From the NCBI GenBank assembly GCA_965153285.1, contig OZ229110.1: a stretch of 64,000 nt of DNA; one strand, given 5' to 3'. Source of the DNA: Podarcis tiliguerta (Eukaryota). The number at the start of each line of letters is the position of its first letter. Within the stretch, counting starts at the first letter, position 1. The notes under the pieces are model-generated. The model saw only the letters and a program-made list of their open reading frames with translations. It ran no database searches and had not been told where the DNA came from. The position numbers were made by a program, and so were the translations under genes. Below, piece by piece: positions 52,827 through 64,000 of the stretch.

Positions 52827-55564
52827 TTAGTGGGTTTGGAATTGGGAACTCGGCAGGGAGAGGGAAGGCAACTTTTCAACTCCTAGGTGGGCGTTTTGAG
52901 GGGAACAGAGATGGGTGAAGCGGAGAGGGGAGAGTGTCTCTTGCTCCCGTTAACCCTTTGTTTGTACAACTGAATGGTGTGAAGGGATGAGGACCCTCCA
53001 ACATCACCACATCTGCCCTATAGGTAGGAAGAAATGGGATTCTGCTTTGGGTGCCCCTCTGGGGGCTGAGAATTTATTGGACTATAACCTCCCAAAGCAA
53101 TGGGGCTGCAGAAGGGGAAGCCAACCTCAAATGCTCTCTGGGCCTCTTACCTTGTTGTCCAGAAACTTGGAGGTGAGAGAGACTCTTATGCTAAGGTGTT
53201 TTACCTTGTCTTTGGGGATAGGGGAAAGCAAGGAACTACAAGGCAGGCCATTCCCATCAACACAGGATAATCTTTCCCTGCCTGAAGCAGAGCATGATGG
53301 AGGGCTTTGAAAGACTCACCCTTTTGTCTGGATCGAACACACCTCTGCTTCTTCCTCCTATTTTGTGCAAAGGGCTAAGAAACCTATCCTGTCTCTTTAG
53401 ATTTTCTTGTAAACATCCCACCCATCCCTACTCAGCTTGAAGGGCAGCATTGCCACAGAAATTGCCACAAGACTATTTCCACTAACTGGCCCCACAACAA
53501 GGCCTGCTCTTCTCACAATGCATACACTGCAAGTTGCAGTCGTCCCAGCGACTAATGTCACCTTGGCCCCTTTCAGGGAGAGCAAGCCAGGAATGATGCT
53601 GCCAACAAGAAAAAGAGTAGTGGCGCCCATGATTGGAGTTGCCTGATTCATGACTGTTTAAAGTCTTTCTTTTTACCAGTTGGAGATGACATAGATATAT
53701 ATCAGCAGTGGGCTTCCCTGTATGCCCCTGGGACTTGGCAGGGTTACAGGCAGTGTTGGATTTGATATCTTCTAAAGCAGTACTGGGAAAATGACTTGTT
53801 GTTTCTGTTTCTTCACTCTGCCTCTTTCTGGGTAAGAGGATTGGATATAGACTAGAGCCTAACTGCAAGAAGCGTTTCATAACCCAGATGGTCAAATTAT
53901 TTACATTTATTTATTATAAACAATGCACTATGCAAATTACACACTAATAGAGATGTTGTTTGTGCAGATTCATATATGCACATTTGAGGTGCCAAACTTT
54001 TCACCTCATGACTTTGCCACAACAGATTTGCACAAAGAGCTGTTTCTCTGAAACGGCCCCATTATACACACATGCATGAAAAGTAGTCAAAGAATTGTAG
54101 GTCATTACTACGTTTATTTATTTGTTAATACACTTTAATCTCACCCCTCCTCCAATGATTTCAGGAAAGCATAATGGTGTCCCCTCAGCCCCAATTTTAT
54201 TTTATTTTATTTTATTTTGTCCTCAAAATGACCCTTTGGGGTAGGTAAGACTTGAGAGATAATGACTTGCCCAAGGTGAGCTTCATGGCTGCTGAATATC
54301 TGAAAACTAACATTCTTTCTTGAACTGATAGTTGTCATATGGGGGTGAGTTTGGATACAAGCCTCTCTATAGAAAACTGAATTAATAAAATCCTTGCAGA
54401 AGGATATTACCATCTCAGTTATGAAGACAAACATAATTCAGAAATGTCACATGGTACAGTCCTACCTCCTCAGAATGCGGGAGGAGGGAAGTTCACATGT
54501 TTGTCATTAAAAGAAAAAGCAAAACAGCCTCCATGTCTGTGGAAAGCATGTCAGGAAGAAGGACGGTTCTGACTTAGTCTCTCTTACTTTTCTACTTACA
54601 GAGATAGTTAATTTAATTAAACGGGTAGCATTCAAACATGTGATCCTTCAACTGCATTTTGAATGATACAGGCCTAGGAGGACTGTATACCATGTGATGT
54701 TTCTGATTGTGTGGTTCTGTTCTAAATCAGCCTCTAGGCTCCATTCCACAGAAGCAGCAAAGGTCTATTTGAGATAACAATGTTCATGCTAGGCTAAGTG
54801 CAGTGTCCTAATTGCAAAATAGGGCATAGTGGAACAGTCAAGAGGAAGGATGGAAAGAACTAATGGGGTGTTAGTTGGCTTAGGTAGGGGCAGGAAACTG
54901 GAAACTTGCATACATAAGAAGGAACAGGGGAAAGCAAAGAATGAAAACGCTCTAACCATTGCACACCCTTAGGGCCAGTGTTTTCGTTTCAGGGCCAGGG
55001 CCACGGTTACATTATATGCTTGCCACTTCCCCAAGTTTCCATCTGGGGCTGCTCTAGTAACGTTTGAATGATGAAAATCACGTAGGAAGAGTTGACAATG
55101 TGTTACATCCCACATCAGCAGAGTGGGATGCAGCCTGCTAGGAAGCTGGTAGCCATAATGCCCCAGTAAGAGTATCTAAAGATAACATAAGCAACCAAAC
55201 ATTTCCTGCTGCAATGCATTTCTATTACTGTTTTGAAGGAACCAATGTATTCCAATGGTCAATTTGTGTTATTACTTTTTGTTTGTGCCCCCTCTTCATG
55301 CGCTATTTTTTTAAAAGCAAAAGCAAATTGAAATTTCATCCCTTAGAATACACTGTAGGTGCGCTGGGCTATCATGTAGAAAGCTAGATTATATCATTTA
55401 CTCTGTGCTTGTGGCTAAACCATCAACTAAAATCCCTGTGTATGAGCCCTGACTGCTAGGTGGGCAGCTATGTCCTGGTCCTGCTTTCCCCCTTGTGCTG
55501 GAGAGCTTTGCTGCTTCAATGTGCTGTTCACAAGCCATGCCCTAACCCTCTTCTGCCTGTCTAG

Positions 55565-55773
55565 CTCCCGCAGAGTCCCACAGCCGATTGGTACCCCATC
55601 ACGAGCTCAGCAGCCCTGTCACATCAGATGAAGAGTACCTGAGCCCCTTGGAAGAGTTCCCTGAGTCTGGCACCCCACGGCACCACCCTGTCATGAAAGT
55701 GCAACCCCGATCTGAGATTGGCCCACCCCCAGTGCATGTGGGCATCAACTTCAAGGCTGCCCCTTCCTTTGAG
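55565..55773 (+). CDS. SPEG: SPEG exon 7 (contains internal Met 55693 equivalent to the APEG-1/SPEG-alpha start)
   Basis: CTAAC branch point and CTAG acceptor. Encodes SSPVTSDEEYLSPLEEFPE...MKVQP...KAAPSFE. Donor GAG|GTGAGC, phase 1 to 0. Confidence 0.9.
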
Positions 55774-56076
55774 GTGAGCAGGTGGTGAGACTAGCGCAGG
55801 AGGGCATGACAGTGGAAAGTAACCTATGGCTTTTGCATACTTGAATGAGGATTCAGGTTATAAGTCGGCACTTCCTTGGATTGGGGTTGGGGGCCCTGGG
55901 CTTTTGACATGCTCAGACCTTTGAGGCAAAAGCAAATTTCAGCTTTTACTCCGTTGAAGGTATTGCACCTAGCAGAGCTTGCCCTGCACTCTGCTTATCC
56001 CTGCCCCCTGCCTTAAAGAGAACTTGATTCCCATCTCCCTTTGCAGTTGGCATGATCCTGACACCCTCTCTTGCAG

Positions 56077-56165
56077 GTGACACTGAGTGACCAGGAAGTA
56101 CTGGAGGGGCAGGATGTGGTCCTGCGCATTCGGGTACAGGGAGAGCCAAAGCCCATTGTGCACTG
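56077..56165 (+). CDS. SPEG: SPEG exon 8 (Ig domain 3, part 1)
   Basis: Encodes [36 protein letters not shown] acceptor, TG|GTGAGT donor, phase 0 to 2. Confidence 0.95.
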
Positions 56166-56824
56166 GTGAGTGGGTTTTATGATACAGCATAACTTCACAA
56201 GTAGCCATGTTGTCCTGCGATGAGATGGGTGGCGAAGCTTTCCCAGTTTTGCAAAATAAGAATCTCTCTCAGGCAACCAGTAGGGGAACTTGTGTCCATC
56301 AAGAAGAGTGTTGGGTTTATTTCATTTTTCCTGTCTGGCCTTCAGTACTCCACAACTGACTAACAACAGTGTGATATGTAGACTGGCAAAATATTAAACA
56401 GACAAGGCTGGTCTTTGATTTCCAAAGGGCACAAGACCCATCCAACCTGAGAATGGTTTGTTTTGTATGTAAGTGGTGGGATGGCAAAAAGAAAGCAGGT
56501 CCTCGGCCTTCCAGAATGTATCAAGAATCAGACCTGAGACTGATAGGCCTGGATGTAATGGCAAAAAAAAAAAGGGGGGGGATCTCTGATCTTATGGCTT
56601 GAACTGCCTTGACTATATTGTACCAAAAGCTATGTTTGTAGAAGCAACAAGGTTGGGGGAAGGCCAGTGCAGAATTGACCGTCCAGATGAAGTATGTAGC
56701 TTCTTCCTGAGGCATGCTGCTGTGGAGGAGGGATGGTGAGATGAGATGACAGAAGAAGCATTTTGTGAAGTTGGATGGAGTTGCAAGCACTGCAGACTCT
56801 CAGACCCTCTCCTCTGTCCTCTAG

Positions 56825-57000
56825 GTTGAAGAACAGGCATCCAATAAAATATGGGCGACGCATTTCTGCTGTGGAGGAGGACGATGGATCTTTCTGCCTA
56901 CATATCCGCATGGTGGAGTGCACTGATGCTGGCTATTATGCCTGCAAGGCCATCAACGAGTATGGCACCAAGCAGTGTGAGGCCAAGCTTGATGTACAAG
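56825..57000 (+). CDS. SPEG: SPEG exon 9 (Ig domain 3, part 2)
   Basis: Encodes LKNRHPI...DAGYYACKAINEYGTKQCEAKLDVQ. CTAG acceptor, G|GTACCT donor, phase 2 to 1. Confidence 0.95.
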
Positions 57001-59547
57001 GTACCTTTGGAAGCCACAGAGCATGAAGATTAATGCTTGCCTGCCATGGGCTGTCCCCAGAATATCCTGCTTGCATGCCTATTTCCTTGGTTTACTCACT
57101 CATGTAAGCATGCTTCTGACTCCCCCCCCCCCCAACATCCTGTGACCTATATCAATCCTCTGCCCACGAGTAGCCTGTGGCTCCATGGCTGCTTGTTTCT
57201 GGTTGTACTGTAACTCTGTCTCCTGCCCCTAGAATTCATGACAGCCCTTGACTGAATGTTGCCCTTTTTTCATCATGAGTCTAAGAAATTTAGAGCTCCA
57301 GTTTAGAACTTCAGCCTAACACCAGATTATCGAGAGGCACAAGCAATCAGGTTTCTGTGGACTACTATGGTAAATGGGGCAAGGAGAGAGGTTCAGCTGA
57401 AAGCAAGAAGGTATCATGAGTTCCTGAACATAAATTAGGATATCTTTAACACTTTTTGAATGTTGAAAGCATTTCCTAAATCCTTACAGCAGACTTGTAT
57501 GGTAGTTATATTATACCCATGTTGCCAAGGTGGGCTTGAGGTTAAGAAGATAGTGGCTTGCTGAGGGCCTCCAGATTAGTGTAGTAAGAGGCAGATTAGA
57601 ACTGGGGACTTGGCTATTTATTTATTTTATTTAGCAAAACTTACACACAGCTTTATAGTAATAAAACCACAAAGCTGTTTGACAAATAATAAAAAACATT
57701 AAAAGTATAAATAAAAGACAGTTAAACAGGTACTTAGAAAACATTCAAAACTAATTAAAATCAACAGTAAGCTAAACCATTATTCTATGCTACAAGCTTA
57801 TATTGGTTTTTCTTTCATTTTAAGTGGCATGGACAGGGTGAGGTGTGCCACCTCTGGTAGCAGCTATTAAGTAATGTTAAAAAGCAACAAATTAATTAAT
57901 CAATAGATTTGGATTTCCTGCCTCAGGCACCAAAATGTTTTGGACTGTCACTATTCATGACTTTCATTAGAGAATCCTGGGAATTTTACTTGCCTCCTTA
58001 GAACTGGGGACCCCTGGAAGGAGGGAATGGGGCCAAGCTAGTTGAGATACTTCATTTTGGAATAGTGGATGCTTATGCTGGGATTGAGATCAGCCTTTAA
58101 TGCTGGGATTAGGGGTGCTCCCAGTCTATTTTTGGGTGGGATTCAGTCACATACTGAGGAATTCATGTTGCACAATTATAGTTGGTTGGGAGGTCTCTAC
58201 ACACCCCAGATAGGACTCTTTCCAATAAGGAAAGTGATGGGAAAACACACTGGATAGTATAGGGTAACACTTACTTAAATGATGCAACATCATTTAACCT
58301 CCCACAAACAAATCAGGATGAATGTTCATTAAATAGCCAACATCCTCTAATCTTCCTGTAAACAAATGAGGGTGAATGCTAATTAGCACCAGTCATCTGA
58401 AAGCACCCTAGTAAGAGCAGCAACGGGAAGGGGATTCTTCTCCATTCCATTTATTTGTACACTCAAAATTTCACCCACCCATGGGTGGGAAAGCTGTGGG
58501 TGGGGACTGTGTGTGTGAATAAACAAAGAGGAAAGGGCTAAGTGGGCCACCCACTTCACTACTCTTCAGCTCTCAAATGCAACCATTAGAAAGTTCAAGT
58601 TCACGACTGTAGTGTGGGCATGCTCTGAGCCACTAGCCACTAGCGCAGTCCAACACAAGGCCATGTTTTGGCAATCCTCAGCAACATTTGACACCCTCTC
58701 ACCCTTCCAGCCCTTGCACTGCCTTCCCAAAGGCTCGGGGGTTTGGGAAGGAGGTGTGAGGGCTCTGACAGGGTCAGAAAGTTAGCTCTTTCTCAGCTCT
58801 GAGAAGAAGCTGGAAGGGCCTTAGGACACTGCCAAAAGCATTGCACCTCCTTCCCAAAGCCCTGGCAGCATGAGGTTGCGGGGTGAGGTGTCAAATTTTG
58901 GCCTCTCGCTCTCCCCCACCCTGGCGCAACAAGGCAGCGTGTGCCCCACAGGTTCCGTATTGAAGTAGGTAGGAAATGTTGGACCGTCCCTGCACTAGGC
59001 TAGGCTCGTTCTCCTGGGGAGCCCTCCATAGGTAGCTGCCTTCTCCTGAGCATGGCAAGTGCAACTGCCTTGAGACCCTTTGGATGCCTGTTCCAGATGG
59101 GAAGAAGAGCATTCAGCTGTTGCTTAGCAACCGAGCACCAACTGCCTGTGTTCTCCCAATCCTCCCCCGTCCCACCTTGAGCTGAAACGGTGGCAGCTGC
59201 TGTGGAATTTTGGAGAAAGGAACTGTGAGCCTCTGCTCAGAAAGGAAAGAGATGAGAGAGATAGCCCACTGAGGGGGGCTGATGGCTGTGTATACCAATG
59301 TACTGCTCCCACATTCCCATAAAGACAGCCTCTGTCTCTGCCAGTGGCTTCCACGCTAACCATTGGGGCAATGAGCAGCAGCAAGGTTTACCGCCAGCTC
59401 TCAGTACACTCCTCCCTGACCCCTCAGTCCTACCATGCTTTTTTTTCTTGGCTTGGTTCTGCCTTTCCCCCCACCCTGTGGTACCCAGAACTGGGTCCCA
59501 GTGGTGGTCTGCCACCTTCTTTCCAGTTCATTTCCAGCAGAAACTAG

Positions 59548-59860
59548 GGCCCATCTGCATTATACATTCAAAACACATTAAACAGCCATGGCTTCCTTCA
59601 GAGTATCCTGGGAACTGTAGTTTGTCAAGGTTGCTGCAAGGTATTTGGAAACTCTTACTCTCCTCAAGAAAGCTACGATTCCCAGAGTTTGCGGGAACAG
59701 GACTCAATTGTTAAGCCACTCTGGGAACTGTTGCTTTGTGAGGGGAATAGAGGTAACAATTCTTAGCACCCTTAATAAATGACACTTCCCTGGATCTTGT
59801 TTAGGGAAGCTAAGGCTTAAGTGTTATGATACTGCTTTAAATGTATAGTGCAGATGGGGC
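59548..59860. mobile_element. Palindromic MITE
   Basis: Inverted ends CCCATCTGCATTATACATT and AATGTATAGTGCAGATGGG, internal CTGGGAACTGTAG motifs. Relatives at 17115-17430, 31600-31800 and 36915-37010. Confidence 0.75.
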
Positions 59861-60836
59861 ATGCGCCAGGCATCGTCACTACCACCAGGTGAAGGAGCAA
59901 CCCAAGGCATTTTGCTGCCTGAGACAAAAGGCAGGATGTGCCTCCCCATTCCTTGTACAGAATCTGACCACTTACAGTAAAATTACTTCTTCAGTACTGA
60001 TGCCGGGGCAGCTTCCTCCACTGTACCTGAGGGCTGCAGGTTGCTTTACAGGGCGCAGAGCAGGCTAGTTGATAGGACTTGGGCAAAATGGTTGTAGTGG
60101 GGCTGTTGCCACCCCAGCATTTCCTGCCTGACGTAGCTGCCTCGCTTTGCTTAATGGTAGGACTGGCACTGGAGCAACCAGCTCCTGTCCACGTGGGCAT
60201 CTCTTTACAGTGCCTGTGAGCCTAAATGGGATGCTATCCCTATGCTGGTTACATCTAGTAAAAGGAGAGGCTCACTAGCTGAGGGTATATCCAATATTGG
60301 CTCACCTCAGTCTGGCGGGACTTTTGGTTCTTTCCCCTACATCCATTTAAAAGGTGCCCTTTCCACTTTGATCAGCCTCTCTTGCTGCCTCCTTGTGCTG
60401 AATGCAAATCCCTCTGATTGGCCCATTGCATCACCTTTTAGGGAAATAGAGGCAGGGCTATTTTCAGGTCCTGAGTGAACAGGACTTGCAGGGTCAGTTC
60501 CTAGCATCACTGGATCTGCAGAATGTTCCCAGGTGGCATGTTTTACCTAGATAGGAAGAAGAGTCTGAGACTTCCTATAATGGGTTCTGCCTGGCTTCAG
60601 TGTTGGACTGGTTGGCTTGGGAAGAAGCGGACACTGTCAGGCAAATGGGAGTGTGTGTCTGTGTGTAAATGCACTGTGCTTGCTCTTTTGCTTTGCCAGA
60701 CAGTGTCTACATCTGTGTATCTGCCAGGCAAACCCTTTGCTTTGACCAGGCATGTGTGAATTTGTCTGTGCTTTGCCTCTGTGTCCACCATGCTACACTA
60801 ACCCTTTGCTTGCTGACTGTGTTTTTGTCTGTACAG

Positions 60837-61810
60837 GGGGAGTGAGCTAAGGTACTGCTTGGCCCCTGGGCCGCTCTAGCCAGACAACTTGGGCAGTTGC
60901 CTCTGCTCCCAGCGTTGACTGAACAAACCAGACTGGCAAGGCTTGGCTCCTGCCCCCACCCACTGGATGGCCAGCGCCGAGACTCACCTGGACCCACAGG
61001 GCCTGGCTGCAGCTGGAGGAGTGAGCCACTGTGGGTGGGAGAGTAGTTCTGGGCTGCCCTTAGCTGCGTGAGCTGAACCAATCTGTGGCATCTCCTTAGT
61101 GCGTGGGCAGGAAGCCTCTCTGTACAATCGAGTCTCCATGTGATCCACTCTAGGGCATATAATCTCAGTGGTGGGCCCTGTGCCTGTACCCAGGCGTTAC
61201 ACCTCTAGGTGCTGATGGTGTTTAATCCCCGTGCCGGCATCCATTTCTGTCTGGCCTGAACTGTGGCCAATGTGTGGTGCTCTCTGTTTCTTCCATGTGT
61301 CCATGTCTTCTTGCCCCTGTTTGCACACTCCTGTTTCCAGGGGCCTGGGGCAGAGCACTAACTTGTCTGCTCCCTGGCCAGCTTCTCTAGAGGCTTGTGC
61401 TGCTCACCCACGGACCACACACACTAAAATGAGGCAGCTTTGGAAGGAGGAGGCCCAATCTAGGCCTTGCTTTTCCTCAAATCCAAGAAGGTGTCTGTGG
61501 GCAGAAGACTACATGCTCAGCTTTACGCAAGGCAGCGTCCTTATCTGCACGAAGTCTGGACAGCACAAGCTCACTGGGAAGGGACCTTTGCCCCTGAGTT
61601 GTGTGGGATGGAGGAGGGCTCAGGGAAATAATGGCACCCCACTAGACTTGAGCCTGCTGGGCTATGGAGCATCTTTAATGAAGGAGGCCAGGGATGCAGT
61701 CTCTTACTACCATTGTGCCCACCCTGCTCTGGGAAGGTCTCACAGGGGCTGGGCTACAGTGAACCCCTTTTTTGTAGAAGAAATAAAGTCTGTTTCGTTT
61801 GGTAAAAGTG
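60837..61810 (+). other. SPEG: Alternative terminal exon (APEG-1/BPEG type): a few codons, stop and about 0.95 kb 3'UTR; 3' end approximate
   Basis: ACTAAC branch motif at about 60797, pyrimidine tract, TACAG acceptor, then GGGGAGTGAGCTAA. AATAAA at 61782-61787 with a downstream GT-rich tract. Confidence 0.72.
61782..61787 (+). terminator. Poly(A) signal of the short kinase-less isoforms
   Basis: AATAAA followed by GTCTGTTTCGTTT...GTGTGGTTTGTT, in intron 9 of the long isoform. Confidence 0.65.
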
Positions 61811-62843
61811 CTGTGTGGTTTGTTCCTAGCGCAGACCCCTGTCTCCCTCTTCCCCACGTCCCCTTCTTACCTCAATATCCTGCTCTTGTGTTCTCCACAC
61901 CCCATCATTCTTTCATTCACATTTAATTTGCTTCTGAATATGGCTGCCTTCCTCTCTCCTGCTACTCATTCCTGGTTGCAGTGGTTAATGGGTTGCCAGC
62001 CTCAAGTAGTATTTTGTTGAAGTATTAAACACAGTACACACAGAAGTATTTGCTCGGATTTGTCTTAACGTGGTAGTTTGAAGTGTGCAAAATTTACAGG
62101 CCGTTGGTTCCCTGATGTGTGGAGGAAAGATGACACTGGGCCATGGGGGAAGCAACTTATTCCTTCTCCTTAGTTCTTAGTCTTGCATTCTGGTTTAGCA
62201 CTAGAACTAGAGTTATTGCATCAGGTTTTTCCATTCTGCATTTATCGTGGCTTTGGGTGTTTGAGATGTAGGGGAGGAACAGGCAGTGCAAGATACATAT
62301 GCTTCCTCCTCCTTTGCATCTCGAGCAGCTTAAAGTTATTTGTCAAGGTGATGGTATTAGTTACCCCCAGTGAGTTGTGCAGCTCTTGTAGAAAGTTAGC
62401 CATGCCTCAGAGCTACTCTGGGAGAATGCAGAAGCCCTAGGGGTTTTTTGTTCATTATACTTATACAATTGAAGAAACTAATAGACATTGAACATAGCCA
62501 GAAATGCAGTGAGTGAAGTTTCAGCATACTGAAGTCAGTCATTGCTAGTTTAATCTATCTTAGCATTATTCTTATGAGAATACTGAACCAAAGGAATTGG
62601 AATACTGCATGACACTTAACAGTAGGGATGGGGAAGGAATCGCACCCTTTACTCTTGTTGGCAATCAACAAGATGTTGGCCAGCTTGGCAATCTCACTTA
62701 GCCATGAATACTCACAACATGCTTCCCCCACCTTGTGCCCTGCATCTTTTCCTGTTTTTGTTCCATTGCTCAGAGACGCATCTTTCTTTCTCTCTCTTTT
62801 TTTCCGTTTCCTCCTCCCTCCCCCCTCCCCTCCTTTCCCCCAG

Positions 62844-63104
62844 TGCACCCTGAGACCCAGTCCTTGGCAGTGCTGGCCCCCCTGCAGGACGTGGTGGTGG
62901 GGGCTGGGGATGCAGCTCTCTTCGAGTGCCTGGTGTCTGGCCCACCTGATGTGGATGTGGACTGGCTATGGCGGGGGCGCCTGCTCCAGCCTGCTCTGCT
63001 CCAGTGCAAGATGCATTTCGATGGGCGCAAGTGCAAGCTACTGCTTACCTCTGTGCATGAGGATGATAGTGGTATCTACACGTGCAAGCTTAGCACAGCT
63101 AAAG
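62844..63104 (+). CDS. SPEG: SPEG exon 10 (Ig domain 4); gene continues beyond the window
   Basis: Encodes [17 protein letters not shown]...[49 protein letters not shown] acceptor, G|GTAAGG donor, 261 nt. Confidence 0.97.
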
Positions 63105-63684
63105 GTAAGGAAGGAGGAAATGCTGCACTGGGAGAAGTCAAGGTGCTCCAGTAGCAAGAAGGGGATGCTTGTAACTGGCTGCTCGCTTTCAACCAACCAT
63201 TGTAACAGTGCCTTTAATAGCAGTGTGATGAACATATATAAATAGGTGATGTTTATCTCCATCCCTTGAATCCCTTAACCTGCTTGTTCCTCCATATTCA
63301 GGTGCTCTTACAGGCACGAGAGCAGGTTGGGCTCAGTTTTTTTCTGGTCAGCTGGCAACCCTATTTGCAACAGGGTCATCACTGCACTGATATAATTGGG
63401 TGGGGGGATGGTGTCTCTGTGATGCTGAAGTTTTAAGGTTCCATAATTATTTGACCATTCAAAATAGGCACACATGTTTAAAGTGTTACAGTTCATTCCG
63501 TATACTAAAGCAGGAAGCATGAATAGCCTGCTGCCATAGGCCCTGGGGGCTGGCACGCCTCATTAAACCAATGTAAGAACCTTCACATCACCCTATCTGC
63601 TTCCTTGCCACCTAGAAAACGCATTGAGACTGCACATTACTTGGGAGCACTTGATGGACTTTCTTCTGAGTAGATTTGTTCAGC

Positions 63685-63828
63685 TGGATAGCTCAGTTGG
63701 TTAGAGTGTGGTGCTGATAATACCAAGGATGTAGGTTTGATTCCTGAAAGAGACATCTGTATATTCATGCATTGCAGGGGATTGGACTAAATGACCCTCC
63801 GGGTCCCTTCCAAGTCTATGAGTCTATG
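63685..63828 (+). mobile_element. tRNA-derived SINE with CR1-type tail
   Basis: A box TAGCTCAGTTGGTTAGAG and degenerate B box GGTTTGATTCC, running into the CR1-type tail. Confidence 0.75.
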
Positions 63829-64000
63829 TACCCATTTGAGAGAAGGTCCTACACATTAAACTCAGTGGGACTTGTTTCTGAATAGATGTGTATAGTGGTG
63901 TATCCATCACAGATTTAGTAAATCAAATATATATATATCAAGGCTGGGGAAGGGTAACTGGATTGGATAGGGGCAACTGCAGAACAAATTTAGTTTAGTT

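Noticed and set aside
59345-59384. Possible cassette exon (VASTLTIGAMSSSK)
   Set aside because: Weak GTTTAC donor, and phase 1 to 0 is incompatible with exon 10.
63685-63760. tRNA gene
   Set aside because: Degenerate B box and acceptor stem, fused to a CR1-type tail, so it is a SINE head.
1-64000. Prokaryotic systems (CRISPR arrays, operons, defence islands)
   Set aside because: Spliced vertebrate gene with squamate retroposons; no regularly spaced repeat-spacer array.

Overview
Eukaryotic (squamate, probably lacertid lizard) genomic DNA, not prokaryotic. The window holds the 5' part of SPEG (striated muscle preferentially expressed kinase, MLCK/obscurin family) on the + strand. Ten canonical coding exons run from 7090 to 63104; all splice phases chain correctly and the peptides match SPEG Ig-domain and linker motifs. 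The kinase domains lie beyond the window. The sequence also supports several alternative elements: a muscle-type promoter (MEF2/TEAD/E-box) before exon 1; a CpG-island first exon plus two tiny exons inside the 34-kb intron 1; a second CpG island before the APEG-1/SPEG-alpha start Met; an APEG-1/BPEG-type alternative last exon with a poly(A) signal; and one GC-AG intron. Main finding: the alternative N-terminus (MKKIWVKKRLQ|KGGHSRRFGRFTH|VFRSCRKQSY) resembles the MYLK pseudosubstrate/calmodulin-binding segment, with an intron at the same position, followed by a 30-nt microexon carrying an RKxS phospho-motif. The rest is intronic squamate repeats (Sauria SINE, tRNA/CR1-tail SINEs, BovB, L2, MITEs) and two N gaps. 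Comparisons to human SPEG and MYLK are recalled from memory and need confirming by alignment.
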